Positions 50,583 through 61,400 of a stretch of DNA of 64,000 bases are shown in pieces (position 1 is the first letter of the stretch; every line of letters begins with the position of its first letter). A program made the position numbers and the translations under genes. The DNA lies in the NCBI GenBank assembly GCA_965198115.1, contig OZ240241.1, positions 7,136,001 through 7,200,000 on the forward strand. Reading direction: 5' to 3'. The notes below the pieces were generated by a model. It did not search any database, was not told where the DNA came from, and saw nothing but the letters and a program-made list of their open reading frames with translations. This stretch comes from Candidatus Latescibacterota bacterium (lineage in GTDB: Bacteria > Latescibacterota > UBA2968).

Positions 50583-51083
50583 TCAGGTGCCCGACTCTAT
50601 TGCACTGTCCTGCAAATGTCGAACGTAGGCACGCGCCAACCCCCCAATCCCGATAACCGCACAGGCCAGCACCGCTACGCGATAGGGGGCGACGTGGGCA
50701 TAGCGGAAGACGGCGCCAATGGCGCCCATCGTGACGATGAAGTAGACCGCCCAGAGCAGGCGGTTGCGGATTCGTTCGGGGACGACTGTGGAGACGACGA
50801 GTCCAGTCAGGGAGCTGTGGAAAAGAAGAAAACCCGCGTAGCCGTTGCGGGTGGCCGAGGCTATCTGCCAGCCGTAGTGGAAGTGCCAAACCAGTAGAAC
50901 GTGGGTGGCGATGACCAGCACGATCAGTCGCCACCAGATGGGCAATGTCCGACCTGACGCCGTAAGGAGCGCGATGGCGGTCAAACCGATGTAGCCCAAA
51001 ATGGCGAGGGGAAAGGTGAGAGAAGCTATTGTCACGGTCGGATATCCGATGAGGCAAGAAATTTCACTAGGGAGTCCCGGCAA
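50583..51083 (-). CDS. Hypothetical multi-pass membrane protein
   Basis: Five hydrophobic segments with several His residues. Confidence 0.6.
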   Translation of the reverse strand: MPGLPSEISCLIGYPTVTIASLTFPLAILGYIGLTAIALLTASGRTLPIWWRLIVLVIATHVLLVWHFHYGWQIASATRNGYAGFLLFHSSLTGLVVSTVVPERIRNRLLWAVYFIVTMGAIGAVFRYAHVAPYRVAVLACAVIGIGGLARAYVRHLQDSAIESGT

Positions 51084-51118
51084 ACGGAGAACGGCCCAAG
51101 GACAACGCCGTCATCTAA

Positions 51119-53185
51119 TTAGGCTGTAACCAACTCTACGAGTTCGCCCCCGTCCACCTTTGGCTTTCCCTTGATGCCGGTCGCTTCGATCGTGACTAGG
51201 CCGTCGTCCCAGACGATCGTTCCTGTCGCCATTCCCTTCAGGGTGACGGTGCCCTGAGGCGTGTCGAACGTGAGTGGCTTGGATGTTCTGCCGTGATAGC
51301 CGGCCGCCCAGAGTTTTTTCTTTTTGCACCCGTAGACCCACGCCGCCTGTTTGCCGCACTTCAGCTCGCCGCCCATCACCGCCACCTTGCCTTTCCTCAA
51401 CTGCTTCGCCACGGTCGACTGGAGCATCGGCCAGGATTCGTCGCCCACCTGCGTCCATCTTCGCCTCAGTTGCCAGGTCATCAGGTCGACTTCCAAACCG
51501 AACGATAAGTTGTCTCTCGCATATCCGACCTGCCAGATGCGTCGGTCGCCCTCGTGATACGTAGACGGGGGATCGCATTCGTCCAGCAAGAGCCCTTCCG
51601 AGACGCGCTCGCCGAATTCCAGCGCTCCGCTGTACTCTTCCCGCTCGCCGAGCTCGAGGTAAAACCCACACTGCGGCAACCCCTGGAAAAAGGATCCCGG
51701 ACAAGCCTGTTCCCAGAACGTCTTTTCAGGACCGTCATAATTGTAGAGTTCGAACAACAGGTTGCCGTGGCGTTCGACGAGACGGACGGGGGCGTCGATT
51801 CCAAGATCCGTGAGCGTCAGAAGTCGGATGCCGAAGTGTACGCCGCCACTCGTGACGATGACCGTCGCGTCACGGGGAACATCGTAGGGGAGATTCGAGA
51901 CTCGCTTTCCGTCGACGTGGATTTCGTCGATCAGGTCTTCGCGATCCCAGATCAGAGCCGCTTTGGCGCTCGAGCATCGTCGCCAGCCGTCGACGCCCGA
52001 GCCTTCTGCGTCGGGTGATCGAGGCGCATACAGGCCGATTGCGCGTGGTCCGTCCTGGACGCCGATGAAACGGCCCTCTTCGGCGAGCAGGCTGGCCGAG
52101 CGAGACGACGTCTGTCGGTAATCGCCGACCCAGTGGTCGTTCGTCAGGTAGCGTGTGGTGAAGAGCCCCGTAGGGGCGTCATCCCGCGTGTAGTGGGCGA
52201 TGCAGACGTTCGACTGGAGTGCGATGAAGCGATTGGCCTGTGTCGTCAGCTCCTGGGATGCGATACCGAAGTCGTAAACCGGTGTGTGATAGGTGGCGAT
52301 GGCGACCCCGTTCTTGGCGTCCGCGGTTTCCAGAACTCGCAGATGACTCGGCCGAACCCGCAGGATGATCTCCAGCCATTTCGGGAGCGTCCCATCTTCG
52401 AACCATTCGTGTGCCGTGTCGATTTCCTGTAGATCGGTGTTGAAAACGGTGTCGAGATAGGCTCTGCTGTAGGGTCCCGCGAGGCGTCCGGTTTTCGGAT
52501 TGAGATGGAGGACGTAGCTCAGGCCGAGTCGCGTGGCTGCGGTCCGCGCCCGAATTGCTGATTCACGATCCTTGGCAAGTCGGTAGAGCTGATGTAACAC
52601 GCGAATGGCAACGGCCGTGTAGCCTGGGCTGTTGTATTCGGATGGGATTCCGGATTCATCGGTCTGGGTGAGCCACCGGATCAGCTTGTTACGACCTCTT
52701 TTGAGAATTCTGCCGTCTTTGAGGAGCTCGCCGCCGAGTATGGAGTTCGCGATGTCTTTGAGGACGATGTTCGTGTAGGCGGGATGAACGTCGATGCGTT
52801 CGATCTCTTCGAGACCGAGTCTGATGCTGTCGCGCACGCGCGCGGCCAGGCTCTTGGAGAGCCGGTCTTCCCATTGGATCAGGATCGGAATGAGGTCGAG
52901 GAGGATGAATTGAACGGCGTTGAGATCCTCGACCGTCTCATCTTCCGGCTCCCAGAGGAAGTTTCCCCGATGGGGATGACCACTCCGCCGCTCCTGGCAG
53001 TCGAGAACGGCTCCGATCGTGCGTTCTGCCTGATCGAGGTCCCCTTGCGTGCCGTTTTTAACAAGGTCGCAGGCGAGCCGCATCGCGGGTATGGTTGCGT
53101 GGTAGACGGTTTCGTCGACTTCCCGCGCGAGCATGTGCGTTTCCGAATTCAATTCATCAGGAGGCGTCAAGGGGTGGTTAGGCAA
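51119..53185 (-). CDS. Hypothetical protein (helical N-terminus, beta-rich C-terminus; possibly lyase/heparinase-like)
   Basis: 688-aa ORF; YTNI, SEYNSPGY, AGPYSRAY motifs; family not certain. Confidence 0.65.
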   Translation of the reverse strand: MPNHPLTPPDELNSETHMLAREVDETVYHATIPAMRLACDLVKNGTQGDLDQAERTIGAVLDCQERRSGHPHRGNFLWEPEDETVEDLNAVQFILLDLIPILIQWEDRLSKSLAARVRDSIRLGLEEIERIDVHPAYTNIVLKDIANSILGGELLKDGRILKRGRNKLIRWLTQTDESGIPSEYNSPGYTAVAIRVLHQLYRLAKDRESAIRARTAATRLGLSYVLHLNPKTGRLAGPYSRAYLDTVFNTDLQEIDTAHEWFEDGTLPKWLEIILRVRPSHLRVLETADAKNGVAIATYHTPVYDFGIASQELTTQANRFIALQSNVCIAHYTRDDAPTGLFTTRYLTNDHWVGDYRQTSSRSASLLAEEGRFIGVQDGPRAIGLYAPRSPDAEGSGVDGWRRCSSAKAALIWDREDLIDEIHVDGKRVSNLPYDVPRDATVIVTSGGVHFGIRLLTLTDLGIDAPVRLVERHGNLLFELYNYDGPEKTFWEQACPGSFFQGLPQCGFYLELGEREEYSGALEFGERVSEGLLLDECDPPSTYHEGDRRIWQVGYARDNLSFGLEVDLMTWQLRRRWTQVGDESWPMLQSTVAKQLRKGKVAVMGGELKCGKQAAWVYGCKKKKLWAAGYHGRTSKPLTFDTPQGTVTLKGMATGTIVWDDGLVTIEATGIKGKPKVDGGELVELVTA

Positions 53186-53218
53186 GTTGAAAACTCCGAA
53201 TGCAAGAGTTGAATCGGA

Positions 53219-53554
53219 CTATCCAAACGCTTGTTCGAATCGTTCGTTCCAGAAGTCGCTGCCGTTCATCACCATACTCTGTTGGCTGACGACCATTCCC
53301 TTCACCCGTGGGAGATACTCGTTGACCCAGCGAGGATCGGTTCGAAAAGCGGGTCTGGCCGCCTCGAAGTGCGCGTAGTCACGGTAGGCCCAGATGTGAA
53401 CGACCCGGTGGAGTTTGCCGACGTCCGGCGTGTACCAGCCGGCGAGTCTGATACCCTGGTCTTCGCGAACGGGCAGCGCAACTTCACGCACAGCTTGCAT
53501 GTAGGCGGGAACGGATCCCGGTGTCAGGTCGTAGATTCGCATGTCGTAAATCAT
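53219..53554 (-). CDS. NIPSNAP family protein
   Basis: MIYDMRIYDLTPG...VGKLHRVVHIWAY.D...DPRW. Confidence 0.9.
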   Translation of the reverse strand: MIYDMRIYDLTPGSVPAYMQAVREVALPVREDQGIRLAGWYTPDVGKLHRVVHIWAYRDYAHFEAARPAFRTDPRWVNEYLPRVKGMVVSQQSMVMNGSDFWNERFEQAFG

Positions 53555-53751
53555 CTGATGCCTCGCAGTGACGCGGTGACGAATCTGGAGATTGCGGTCC
53601 CGTGTATTGACAACGCGGGTTGAAAATAAGACATTGGCCGGCCGCGGGAAAGGATACTGCGCCACTGAGATCACTGAGGAAGCTGAGGAGAATCCTGGGA
53701 ACCACCGTGATGCGCGGACGGTGGGAGTTTAAGACTCGAGGTGCTGGGTCT

Positions 53752-53800
53752 AGCCCCGGTAGGGACGTCACGACAATAGCCGGGGGCGTCAGCCCCCGGT
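53752..53800. repeat. REP-like palindromic element
   Basis: AGCCCCGGTAGGGACG..AATAGCCGGGGGCGTCAGCCCCCGG hairpin. Confidence 0.55.
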
Positions 53801-53977
53801 ACTCGGGCGACGGAATCACCTGCGCCGCTTCTGGTGATAGTTGTTTAGAGATCCACTCATTATCGGCGCACACTAGAGACGCCGATATCCAGGAACCGTG
53901 GGAACATCGATTCATTTATTCGAATGAGACCGGTTCTTGATTTCTGGATACGAAAAGGGATACGACGTGGAGGCAGA

Positions 53978-54712
53978 ATGGCAAAGAAGAAGGTGCTGAT
54001 CACGGGGGCCGCGGAGCGGATTGGACGCGTGCTACGTGATGGTCTCAAGGATCGATACGACATTCGCATTCTGTTCAATCGGAGTGTCACGGACACGACG
54101 CCGGATGAGGAGGTCTTTCAAGGGAATGTTACAGAACTCGCAAAGATGGAAGAGGCCGTGGATGGATGCGATGCGGTGATTCATATGGCCGGGAATCCGT
54201 CGACCAAGGCTACGTTCGAAGAGGTGCAGGAGGCGAATAGTCTGGGCACCCACAACATCTACGAAGCGTGTGTCCGCAAAGGCTGTCCACGCGTGATCTT
54301 CGCCAGCACGAATCACGTGACGGGAATGCACGAGAAGGAAAAGAGCGGTCCCATCTACACGACGTCCGAGATGCCCGTCCGTCCGGACAGTTTCTACGGT
54401 GCCAGCAAGGCGCACGGCGAGTCTCTGGGTCGCTACTACGCGGACAATCACGGTCTCGCCGTCATCTGCCTGCGCATCGGATCTTTCCAGCCAATCGAGA
54501 AGGTGAAGAATCGCGATTCCGATCGCATTCTGTCTTCGTGGCTGAGTTACAAGGACACAGTTCAACTCTGCTGGCGAGGGATCGAAGCGGAAGACGTCAC
54601 GTTCGGGATCTACTACGGGATATCGGGCAACACTCGCGCCTACTGGGACATTCAGAACGCACGTGAGGAACTGGGATACGAGCCGATCGACAATGCTGAA
54701 GATTGGGCGTAG
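53978..54712 (+). CDS. Uronate dehydrogenase-like NAD-dependent SDR
   Basis: LITGAAERIG, FASTNH, RPDSFYGASK, CLRIGSF, GYEP.D. Confidence 0.88.
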   Translation: MAKKKVLITGAAERIGRVLRDGLKDRYDIRILFNRSVTDTTPDEEVFQGNVTELAKMEEAVDGCDAVIHMAGNPSTKATFEEVQEANSLGTHNIYEACVRKGCPRVIFASTNHVTGMHEKEKSGPIYTTSEMPVRPDSFYGASKAHGESLGRYYADNHGLAVICLRIGSFQPIEKVKNRDSDRILSSWLSYKDTVQLCWRGIEAEDVTFGIYYGISGNTRAYWDIQNAREELGYEPIDNAEDWA

Positions 54713-54731
54713 GTAAAATCGAGGGTCATAG

Positions 54732-55367
54732 ATGACTGAAATCATTCCTGGTGTCCTTGACTGGGCGACCTATCACGCGCACATCAAACACGAGGTGCAC
54801 TCAACGCTCGTGTCGGCGACAGACCCGGCCGCCCTGATCGACCCGATGGAGCCGGACGTCGATGAGGCCTGGTTCGAAACACACGGAGAGCCGTCACACA
54901 TCCTGCTGACGAACCGCCTGCACGACCGGGGTTGTGCGTGGTTCGTGGAGCGTTTCGATTGCACGGTCTGGTGTCACGAAGCGGGGCTGCACGAGCAGGA
55001 GATGCAGGATCTGAAGGTAAGGGGATTCGAACACGGCGAGACACTGACGGGCGGAATCGAAGCTCTGCGAGTGGGCGTGTTGTGCCCTGAAGAGACGGCC
55101 TTCCTGATCCCAGTGGGGAAGGGTACGCTGGCTATCGGAGATGCCGTGATCCGCTACGAGGAGACGGCGGACGACAGCCGCGGTATTGGATTCGTCCCTG
55201 ACTTTCTGATGGGTGACGATCCGGAGGGCGTCAAGAAGGGGATGGTGGAAAACCTTCGTGGTCATCTCGATCGGTCGTTCGACACGCTCGTGATGGCTCA
55301 CGGCGCTCCCATTGCCACCGGAGGGAAGTCGGCGCTCAAGGCTTTTTTGGATGGAACTGGCTATTGA
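54732..55367 (+). CDS. Metallo-beta-lactamase-fold protein
   Basis: LIDP, LLTNRLHDR, IGD, MAHG. Confidence 0.7.
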   Translation: MTEIIPGVLDWATYHAHIKHEVHSTLVSATDPAALIDPMEPDVDEAWFETHGEPSHILLTNRLHDRGCAWFVERFDCTVWCHEAGLHEQEMQDLKVRGFEHGETLTGGIEALRVGVLCPEETAFLIPVGKGTLAIGDAVIRYEETADDSRGIGFVPDFLMGDDPEGVKKGMVENLRGHLDRSFDTLVMAHGAPIATGGKSALKAFLDGTGY

Positions 55368-55519
55368 TGATGCGGTGATTGCCTGGTTCTTGATGTTCAG
55401 CACACAATGAGAGATTTGAGTTTGGCCACGATGCTAAACGCAAGGATACCGACTTCCCGAGTGCCTCTCGGGGGTGCCGAGAGGTGTAACGAGGGACGGT
55501 GCTTACCGACCCCCTTGTC

Positions 55520-56545
55520 TCAATACTCCACGCGCATAGCCAATCCCTCATCCACCAGCATCTGATTCAAGAACCGGCCGCGATCGAGAATGCCCTGATC
55601 GCGGTCGTCTTCGTTGGGGACGAAGACGTCGACGAGGTAGCGATCGTAAGCATCCGGTTTCGTGGAGGTGATGCCGATCCAATCGTGGCCGTCCAGGATC
55701 TTCTCGACGAAGGTTTTCGACCGTTCACCGCCGGGGGAACCCATCTCTGGTGTATCGATGCCACGCAGACGGACCCGTTGACGGACAATCGTACGAATCG
55801 CCGTTCGGATCTGGAGAAGCAATGTGTCACCATCGATCACGCGCTCGACACGGGCGAGGTAGCTGTAGTGGACGGCTCTCTGGCTTCGTGTAGAATGAGC
55901 ATCATAACTCCTGCGCCCGCGTTGTTCGAGACGCGCACAACCCTTCGATACGCGTTCGATGCCGAGTTCATCGGGTGGATGGTAGACCGTGAAGCCTAAG
56001 TCGAGAACGCGTCCTCCCGGTGACGCCAGATCGACGACTTTGACAGTGTCGATAAGACCGCGGAGCGGGTCGAGCGGTGGGAGAGCCGGCTCGGCTGAAG
56101 GCTTTTCGGGACCGTCGCTCCGCGACGGAAGGCGTTCTCGGACCTGTTGTTCGAGCTCCCGTGTGGGCCAATGGTTTTCGGCAGCTTCGTTTTCGAGCAG
56201 GTTGCGATCGGTTTCGGACGGGATTCGAAGCAGGATGCGATAGTGCGTCCAACCCAATTCCGCACGCGCGTGCAGAATTGGATGCCAACGATACAGACCG
56301 AGCCCATCGCGCAGGAGACGCTCGGCGATTTCAAGGTCTTCGGCCAGCCGTTGGAAGAGTTTCTCGCCGTATTCGGGATTACCTCGCTCTCTAGCCAGAT
56401 GCCCCTCGATCAGACGTCCGACCTCGTGGTAGGTAGCTAATCGCTCCCGCTCGACGGCCCGCTCGGCGCGCATCCTGCCCTCGACAAGCTTATCGCGGAT
56501 GGTCCGAAGGAGTTGGTTGTAGGAGGCGGGCTGGAGACCTGGCAT
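55520..56545 (-). CDS. DUF1016 N-terminal domain fused to thermonuclease (SNase)
   Basis: YHEVGRLI..YGEKLFQRLAEDL..LGWTHYRILL..WPTREL plus VIDGDT, VRLRGIDTPE, DAYDRYL, LNQMLVDEGLA. Confidence 0.85.
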   Translation of the reverse strand: MPGLQPASYNQLLRTIRDKLVEGRMRAERAVERERLATYHEVGRLIEGHLARERGNPEYGEKLFQRLAEDLEIAERLLRDGLGLYRWHPILHARAELGWTHYRILLRIPSETDRNLLENEAAENHWPTRELEQQVRERLPSRSDGPEKPSAEPALPPLDPLRGLIDTVKVVDLASPGGRVLDLGFTVYHPPDELGIERVSKGCARLEQRGRRSYDAHSTRSQRAVHYSYLARVERVIDGDTLLLQIRTAIRTIVRQRVRLRGIDTPEMGSPGGERSKTFVEKILDGHDWIGITSTKPDAYDRYLVDVFVPNEDDRDQGILDRGRFLNQMLVDEGLAMRVEY

Positions 56546-56626
56546 CGACGAGTCCTTGGTGTGCGGCGGCGGTAAGGAATGTGATAGAGACGACGGGTTA
56601 GTGCGCGCGTTCGTTTGAATGGTTTT

Positions 56627-57484
56627 CTAACGTGATGCCTCAACCGTCACCAGCCGACAAGCGCCCTGAAATCCCGGAGCGGTGACGTATTGGCTCACCC
56701 GATCGTTGATCGTATCCACACGTTCTTCGTGAATGTGTCCGCAGAGGGTTGCGACGAGCGAGGGCGCCTCGATGACCCGCCTGACGAATGTTTCTGTGGA
56801 CAGGAGGTTGCCCCCCTTCGGCCAGCGGTCGCGACGTTCAGTCTCGAAGTTTGTGTCGGCGTCCCAACCCCATCGAGGGTCTCCACATACAGGTTTTTCG
56901 CGCTCACGCAGGTCGCCTACGCTCAGAGGAATGTGAGCCAGCAGGAGGACGGGCGTGTCGTCGGCGGTCTGGTCGTCGAAGAAAGCGAGCTGATCATCGT
57001 CGACCTGGAAGGTCGAGTTGTCGATCGCGACGATCCTGAGGCCCTTGATGTCGATGGATGACGTGTGTGGGTTTCGGCCTGCGTAAAGCGGTATTAGCGG
57101 CCTCCGCCATTGCTCGCGAAGAACAGGACCGTGGTCGGGAAGCCCTTCGTAGTGCCAGTCGTGGTTGCCTGCGGTGTAGATCCACGGCTTTCCTGTCGCC
57201 TCGAGACGTTCTACGAGAACGGCCACTGCTTTCTCGGACGGATAATTGACCTGATCACCGCCGAGGAGGATGAGATCGACATCCTCGTCGACAGCGACTG
57301 CGAGCTGATGCTCGAAGGATGTCAGCGTGTTGCGATCTTTGAAGGCGTTGTACATCCGAGATGCGTTTTCTGCGTAGTCGCCTTCGTCCACATCGATGCT
57401 GATGTGCGAATCCGTGATGTGAAGGATACGGACCGGGTGGTGGATTCTCGGGTCGGTTATCGCGGTCCGGGTGATGTCTGTCAT
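56627..57484 (-). CDS. Calcineurin-like metallophosphoesterase
   Basis: ITDSH, GGD, GNHD, AHIP, CGHIH. Confidence 0.9.
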   Translation of the reverse strand: MTDITRTAITDPRIHHPVRILHITDSHISIDVDEGDYAENASRMYNAFKDRNTLTSFEHQLAVAVDEDVDLILLGGDQVNYPSEKAVAVLVERLEATGKPWIYTAGNHDWHYEGLPDHGPVLREQWRRPLIPLYAGRNPHTSSIDIKGLRIVAIDNSTFQVDDDQLAFFDDQTADDTPVLLLAHIPLSVGDLREREKPVCGDPRWGWDADTNFETERRDRWPKGGNLLSTETFVRRVIEAPSLVATLCGHIHEERVDTINDRVSQYVTAPGFQGACRLVTVEASR

Positions 57485-57642
57485 TGGTGGATGTTGGGCG
57501 AATTCCATTCGTCCAAGGGCATTACGTCAATGTCATAGCCTCTGTGAGCGATCCAAGGATTCGGTCAGCCTGACTGTGGTCTTGCCCCTCGGTACACCCT
57601 CCTTGGCTCCGCTTCGGAGGGGACTCGGGATGAGCGGATGGG

Positions 57643-58305
57643 TCAAGTGAGCTCGATGGCTTCCAGTAACGAGTCTAAAATGCGGTCCGCCTGTGAATGG
57701 TCTTGATGTTCGGTGAAGAAGTGGGGCACGGCGAACACGGTCATCCCCGCTGACTTGCCTGCGATGACGCCAGCCTGGCTGTCTTCCAACACGAGACACC
57801 CTGCAGGTTCGACGTCGAGCTGGTTCGCTGCGAGAAGATAAATATCTGGAGCGGGTTTGCTGTGGACGATGTCGCTGCCGGAGAGGATCGCAGCGAAGAT
57901 CTCATCCAGAGTGTCGGCATCGAGGTGTGGCAGAAGTCCGTTGCGAAGCGTTTTCATCATCCGTGGACGCTTCGTCGAGGAGGCAATGCCGAGGGGATAT
58001 TTTTCGCGTACGTGGTTTATCAACTCGACGATGCCGGGCATCAGGGCGATCTGATCGGGGTCGGATATGGCCGTCTCAAATCGGTCCATCCAGGCATCAC
58101 AGAATGCGTCGACCGTCGTGTCGAGACGAAATTGTTTGACTGCACTGGCCGCATTCGTCTCGAGCGGAATGCCGACGCAGGAGGTGTACTCGTCTTGCCG
58201 AATCGATTCGCCGTAGTCGCCCAGCGTTTCGATGTAGGTCCGCGAGTAGAGCTCCTCCGTGTCGACGATCAATCCGTCGACGTCGAAGATAATGGCTGAG
58301 AACAT
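57643..58305 (-). CDS. HAD-superfamily phosphatase
   Basis: FDVDGLIVDTE, IASS, KPAPDIY, LEDS..G. Confidence 0.92.
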   Translation of the reverse strand: MFSAIIFDVDGLIVDTEELYSRTYIETLGDYGESIRQDEYTSCVGIPLETNAASAVKQFRLDTTVDAFCDAWMDRFETAISDPDQIALMPGIVELINHVREKYPLGIASSTKRPRMMKTLRNGLLPHLDADTLDEIFAAILSGSDIVHSKPAPDIYLLAANQLDVEPAGCLVLEDSQAGVIAGKSAGMTVFAVPHFFTEHQDHSQADRILDSLLEAIELT

Positions 58306-58453
58306 TTGATCGGGGTCCACGTCAACTGGATGCCGGAGTTCAAAGGGCAACAATGACACCGCATCGAGGCTTTGTCAAAGAAAAGGCGGCCATTCTCGTG
58401 TGCGAATGACCGCCTCTTGCCACCGTCCGTAGCAAGCCTTTCTGATGGAGGGT

Positions 58454-58482
58454 GTCTGACTTCTGACCTCTGTCCTCTGATC
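58454..58482. repeat. Heptamer tandem repeat
   Basis: TCTGACT-TCTGACC-TCTGTCC-TCTGATC immediately past the stop of the large secreted protein. Confidence 0.6.
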
Positions 58483-61400
58483 CTACTTAGCCAACACCAT
58501 CTTCCCCACCAGCTGCTCTCTGCCGGCCACCAGTCGATACAGATAAACGCCGCTGGACACCGGTCTCCCCAGTGCATCGCGACCGTCCCATCGGACGGAG
58601 TAGCGCCCCACACTCTTGACCTCGTCCACCAGACGACGCACTTCCTGTCCCAAGGCACTGTAAATCACCAACCGCACGTGCGATTCATCCGGCAATGAGT
58701 AGTTGATCGTCGTTACCGGGTTGAACGGATTCGGATGATTCGAGAGGGAGACCGTGCTAATCTCCGGCTCCGCCTCCAGACCGAAGTACGCCAAGGTCGG
58801 CTTGAGAACGCCACCACCGGTGCCGCCCGAACCGCCCGACTCATCGCTCGCCCCGAATCCACTCAGATGGTGCACCTTGGTTTTCTTACCGACGACGATG
58901 TCCTTTCCGATGAAGGCTCCCGTGTTCGTCGATTTTTGACGCAGATGAATTGTGCCGTTTGGCGCGTAGATGTTCGCATCGCAAACCGCCTTCTGACCCA
59001 CCTTAACGGCTTTGGGACTCGCCTTCAGACTCCCTGGCGACCCTCCACCGTCATCACCGTCGTCGTCATCACCGTCGTCGTCATCACCGTCGTCATCATC
59101 GCCGTCATCGTCCCCGCTGCCACCGGCTTTTCCGTTGACACCTTCCACGTAGACCAGAATGTCAGACGCGTCGATGCCCGATCCCGGCAAAGGACCGAAC
59201 GTCGTTTTCTGATCGATCGCCAGTTTGTCCGCGATCAACAGTGTCGTCGCAGCGGAGAATTCGATCGTGGCATTCTGGCCGATGTCCAGGTTCGCGATGT
59301 GATACTCGCCCCCTGCGAACGTCAACGTCCCCTTCTGTCTGACCCGAATCTCGTTGAATGGCCCATCCGTCGGGCTCAACGTGGCAGATTCGTTCTTCTT
59401 CACTTCCACGTCCACGACGCCGGGCGTGCGGCTTACGAACGCAGGCAGCCCCTGCCCGTCGCTGAACAGCGACCAATTAGCCGCCGCCACCTGTTCCTCG
59501 TTCGCGATCGTCGCGTTCTGCCCGACGTGTACGAGCTCGCTGTAGACCAGCGTCCCAAGAATATCGGCCCTCTGCTTCACGCGAACACGTGGGCCGTTGA
59601 CGCGCACGTTCACCGCTGTCTCCACCCTCTGGCCGACCACGAGTTCCACGCCGTCGGCCTGGAACGGTGGATCCCCGAAGTCTACGACGCCCACGTCCCC
59701 GCTGTGCACCGTCGCCTTCTGCTTGATGTGCATGCTGTGCGTGGCGATCAACGAATAGCGTGTCGCACTCTGCACGACCAAAACCACGACTTCGTCCGTC
59801 GCCGTGCCGCCGTTGCCGTCGTCCACCGTCAGCGTGATCGTGTGCGTACCCAGGGGCAGCGTCACAGTAGGACCTTCACCCGTCGCCGATCCGCCGCCTT
59901 CGGGGAACGCCCCCGTCCAGGTGAATGCCAGATCGTCGTCGTCCGGATCCGACGAGCCGGAGCCGTCCAGCGTGACCGAGGTCGGCCCGCCTGCCCACTC
60001 CACGCTCTGGTCCTCGCCGGCATCCGCCACCGGAGGCGCGTTGGTGGCTGGCAGCGGGCACGTGGAGAAATCATCGATCAGCGTTTGCCCGCTGATACCG
60101 GAGAATCTCACCCGTACGATCACGGGCGAGCCGGCGTCGACACCGATTGGATCCCACACCTGCAACGGGAGGCCTCCTGGAGGAGGCGGCAGAATGGCGT
60201 TCCCGGGTCCCGACGCGGAGGCGACCAGATTGCCTCCACTATCGAATGCCTCGAGCGTCACGGCAGGTATCGACGCGTAGGACATGCTTACGGTCGGAAC
60301 CGCATTGTCGAACGTCACTTCCCCGAAATCATGACCGCTGAAAAAGGCCACGACGCTGCCCGACGGGTTGTTCGAGAAGGGCCCGGAGGTCAGAGTACGC
60401 CATTCGCTTGAGAATCGGATATCTGTCCCGGGAACGGTCGTCCCTGGATAGTATTGCGCGCCCTGGATGCCGTCTTCGAAGTCGACCACTAGACATCCGT
60501 CAACCGTGATCTCCACTTCGGCGACGTCGCTGCAGCCCGAAATATCCGTAACTACGAGTAGAATCGTGTGCGTCCCCAACAGCAGCGTGACCGTCGGGCT
60601 CACACCGGTGATTGTTCCTCCGCCCTCAGGGAACGGGCCACTCCACATATAGGTAAGGCTTCCCCCGTCGGGGTCGGACGATCCGGAGCCGTCCAGCGTG
60701 ACCTGCGTGGAAGGGTCACCAGGGACCGCCTCGACGGTTTGGGAAGACCCGGCGTTCGCAATCGGCTGCGCGCTGGGAAGAGGGCCGATGCAAACGGTGA
60801 AATCATCGATAATCGTACTCAGGGGAAAACCTACCACTTCCACGCGAGCGATGCCGGGCGCACAGATCGACAAGAGGTCCCAATTGCTGAACTGGGGTGT
60901 GGATGGATTCGTATTTGTCGCACCGGTATCCAGACCTACAAGATCGCCGTTCCCGTCGTAGGCTCGAAGTGAAACGCCCACGAACGACGTGTAGCGGAGA
61001 CTGACCGATGAGACGACTTCGTCGAACGTCACTTCGGCAGGTACACCCTGCGGACCATTCATAAACAGGTAGGTGGTGCCGGACGGCAGGTTGGCTACAT
61101 TACTCAGCTCTTCCGATGTCTGCCAGCCAGAGCCTGGGGTGAAGTTGACGACGGAGCCGTCGACCGATCCTCCGCTACCCGGGGCGACCGGACCTTCGCC
61201 GCCCCCCTCGAACGTCAGGAGCTGACATTCTCGAGGCCCATCCTGCGTGATGATTACCTCATAACTCGAAGGCATCACGGAGATGGCGACTTGATCTCCA
61301 GCGCTACATCCGGTGTCTTCCTCGACCACGAGGCTGATCGAGTGCACACCCACCGGGAGCGTAACAGTCGGGTTCTGCCCGGTCACCGTGCCGCCGCCTT

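Noticed and set aside
58735-60411. Long opposite-strand ORFs (e.g. 58735..60411, 37473..38621, 41129..42043, 26674..27579)
   Set aside because: Shadow ORFs of well-supported genes in GC-rich DNA, with no motifs.
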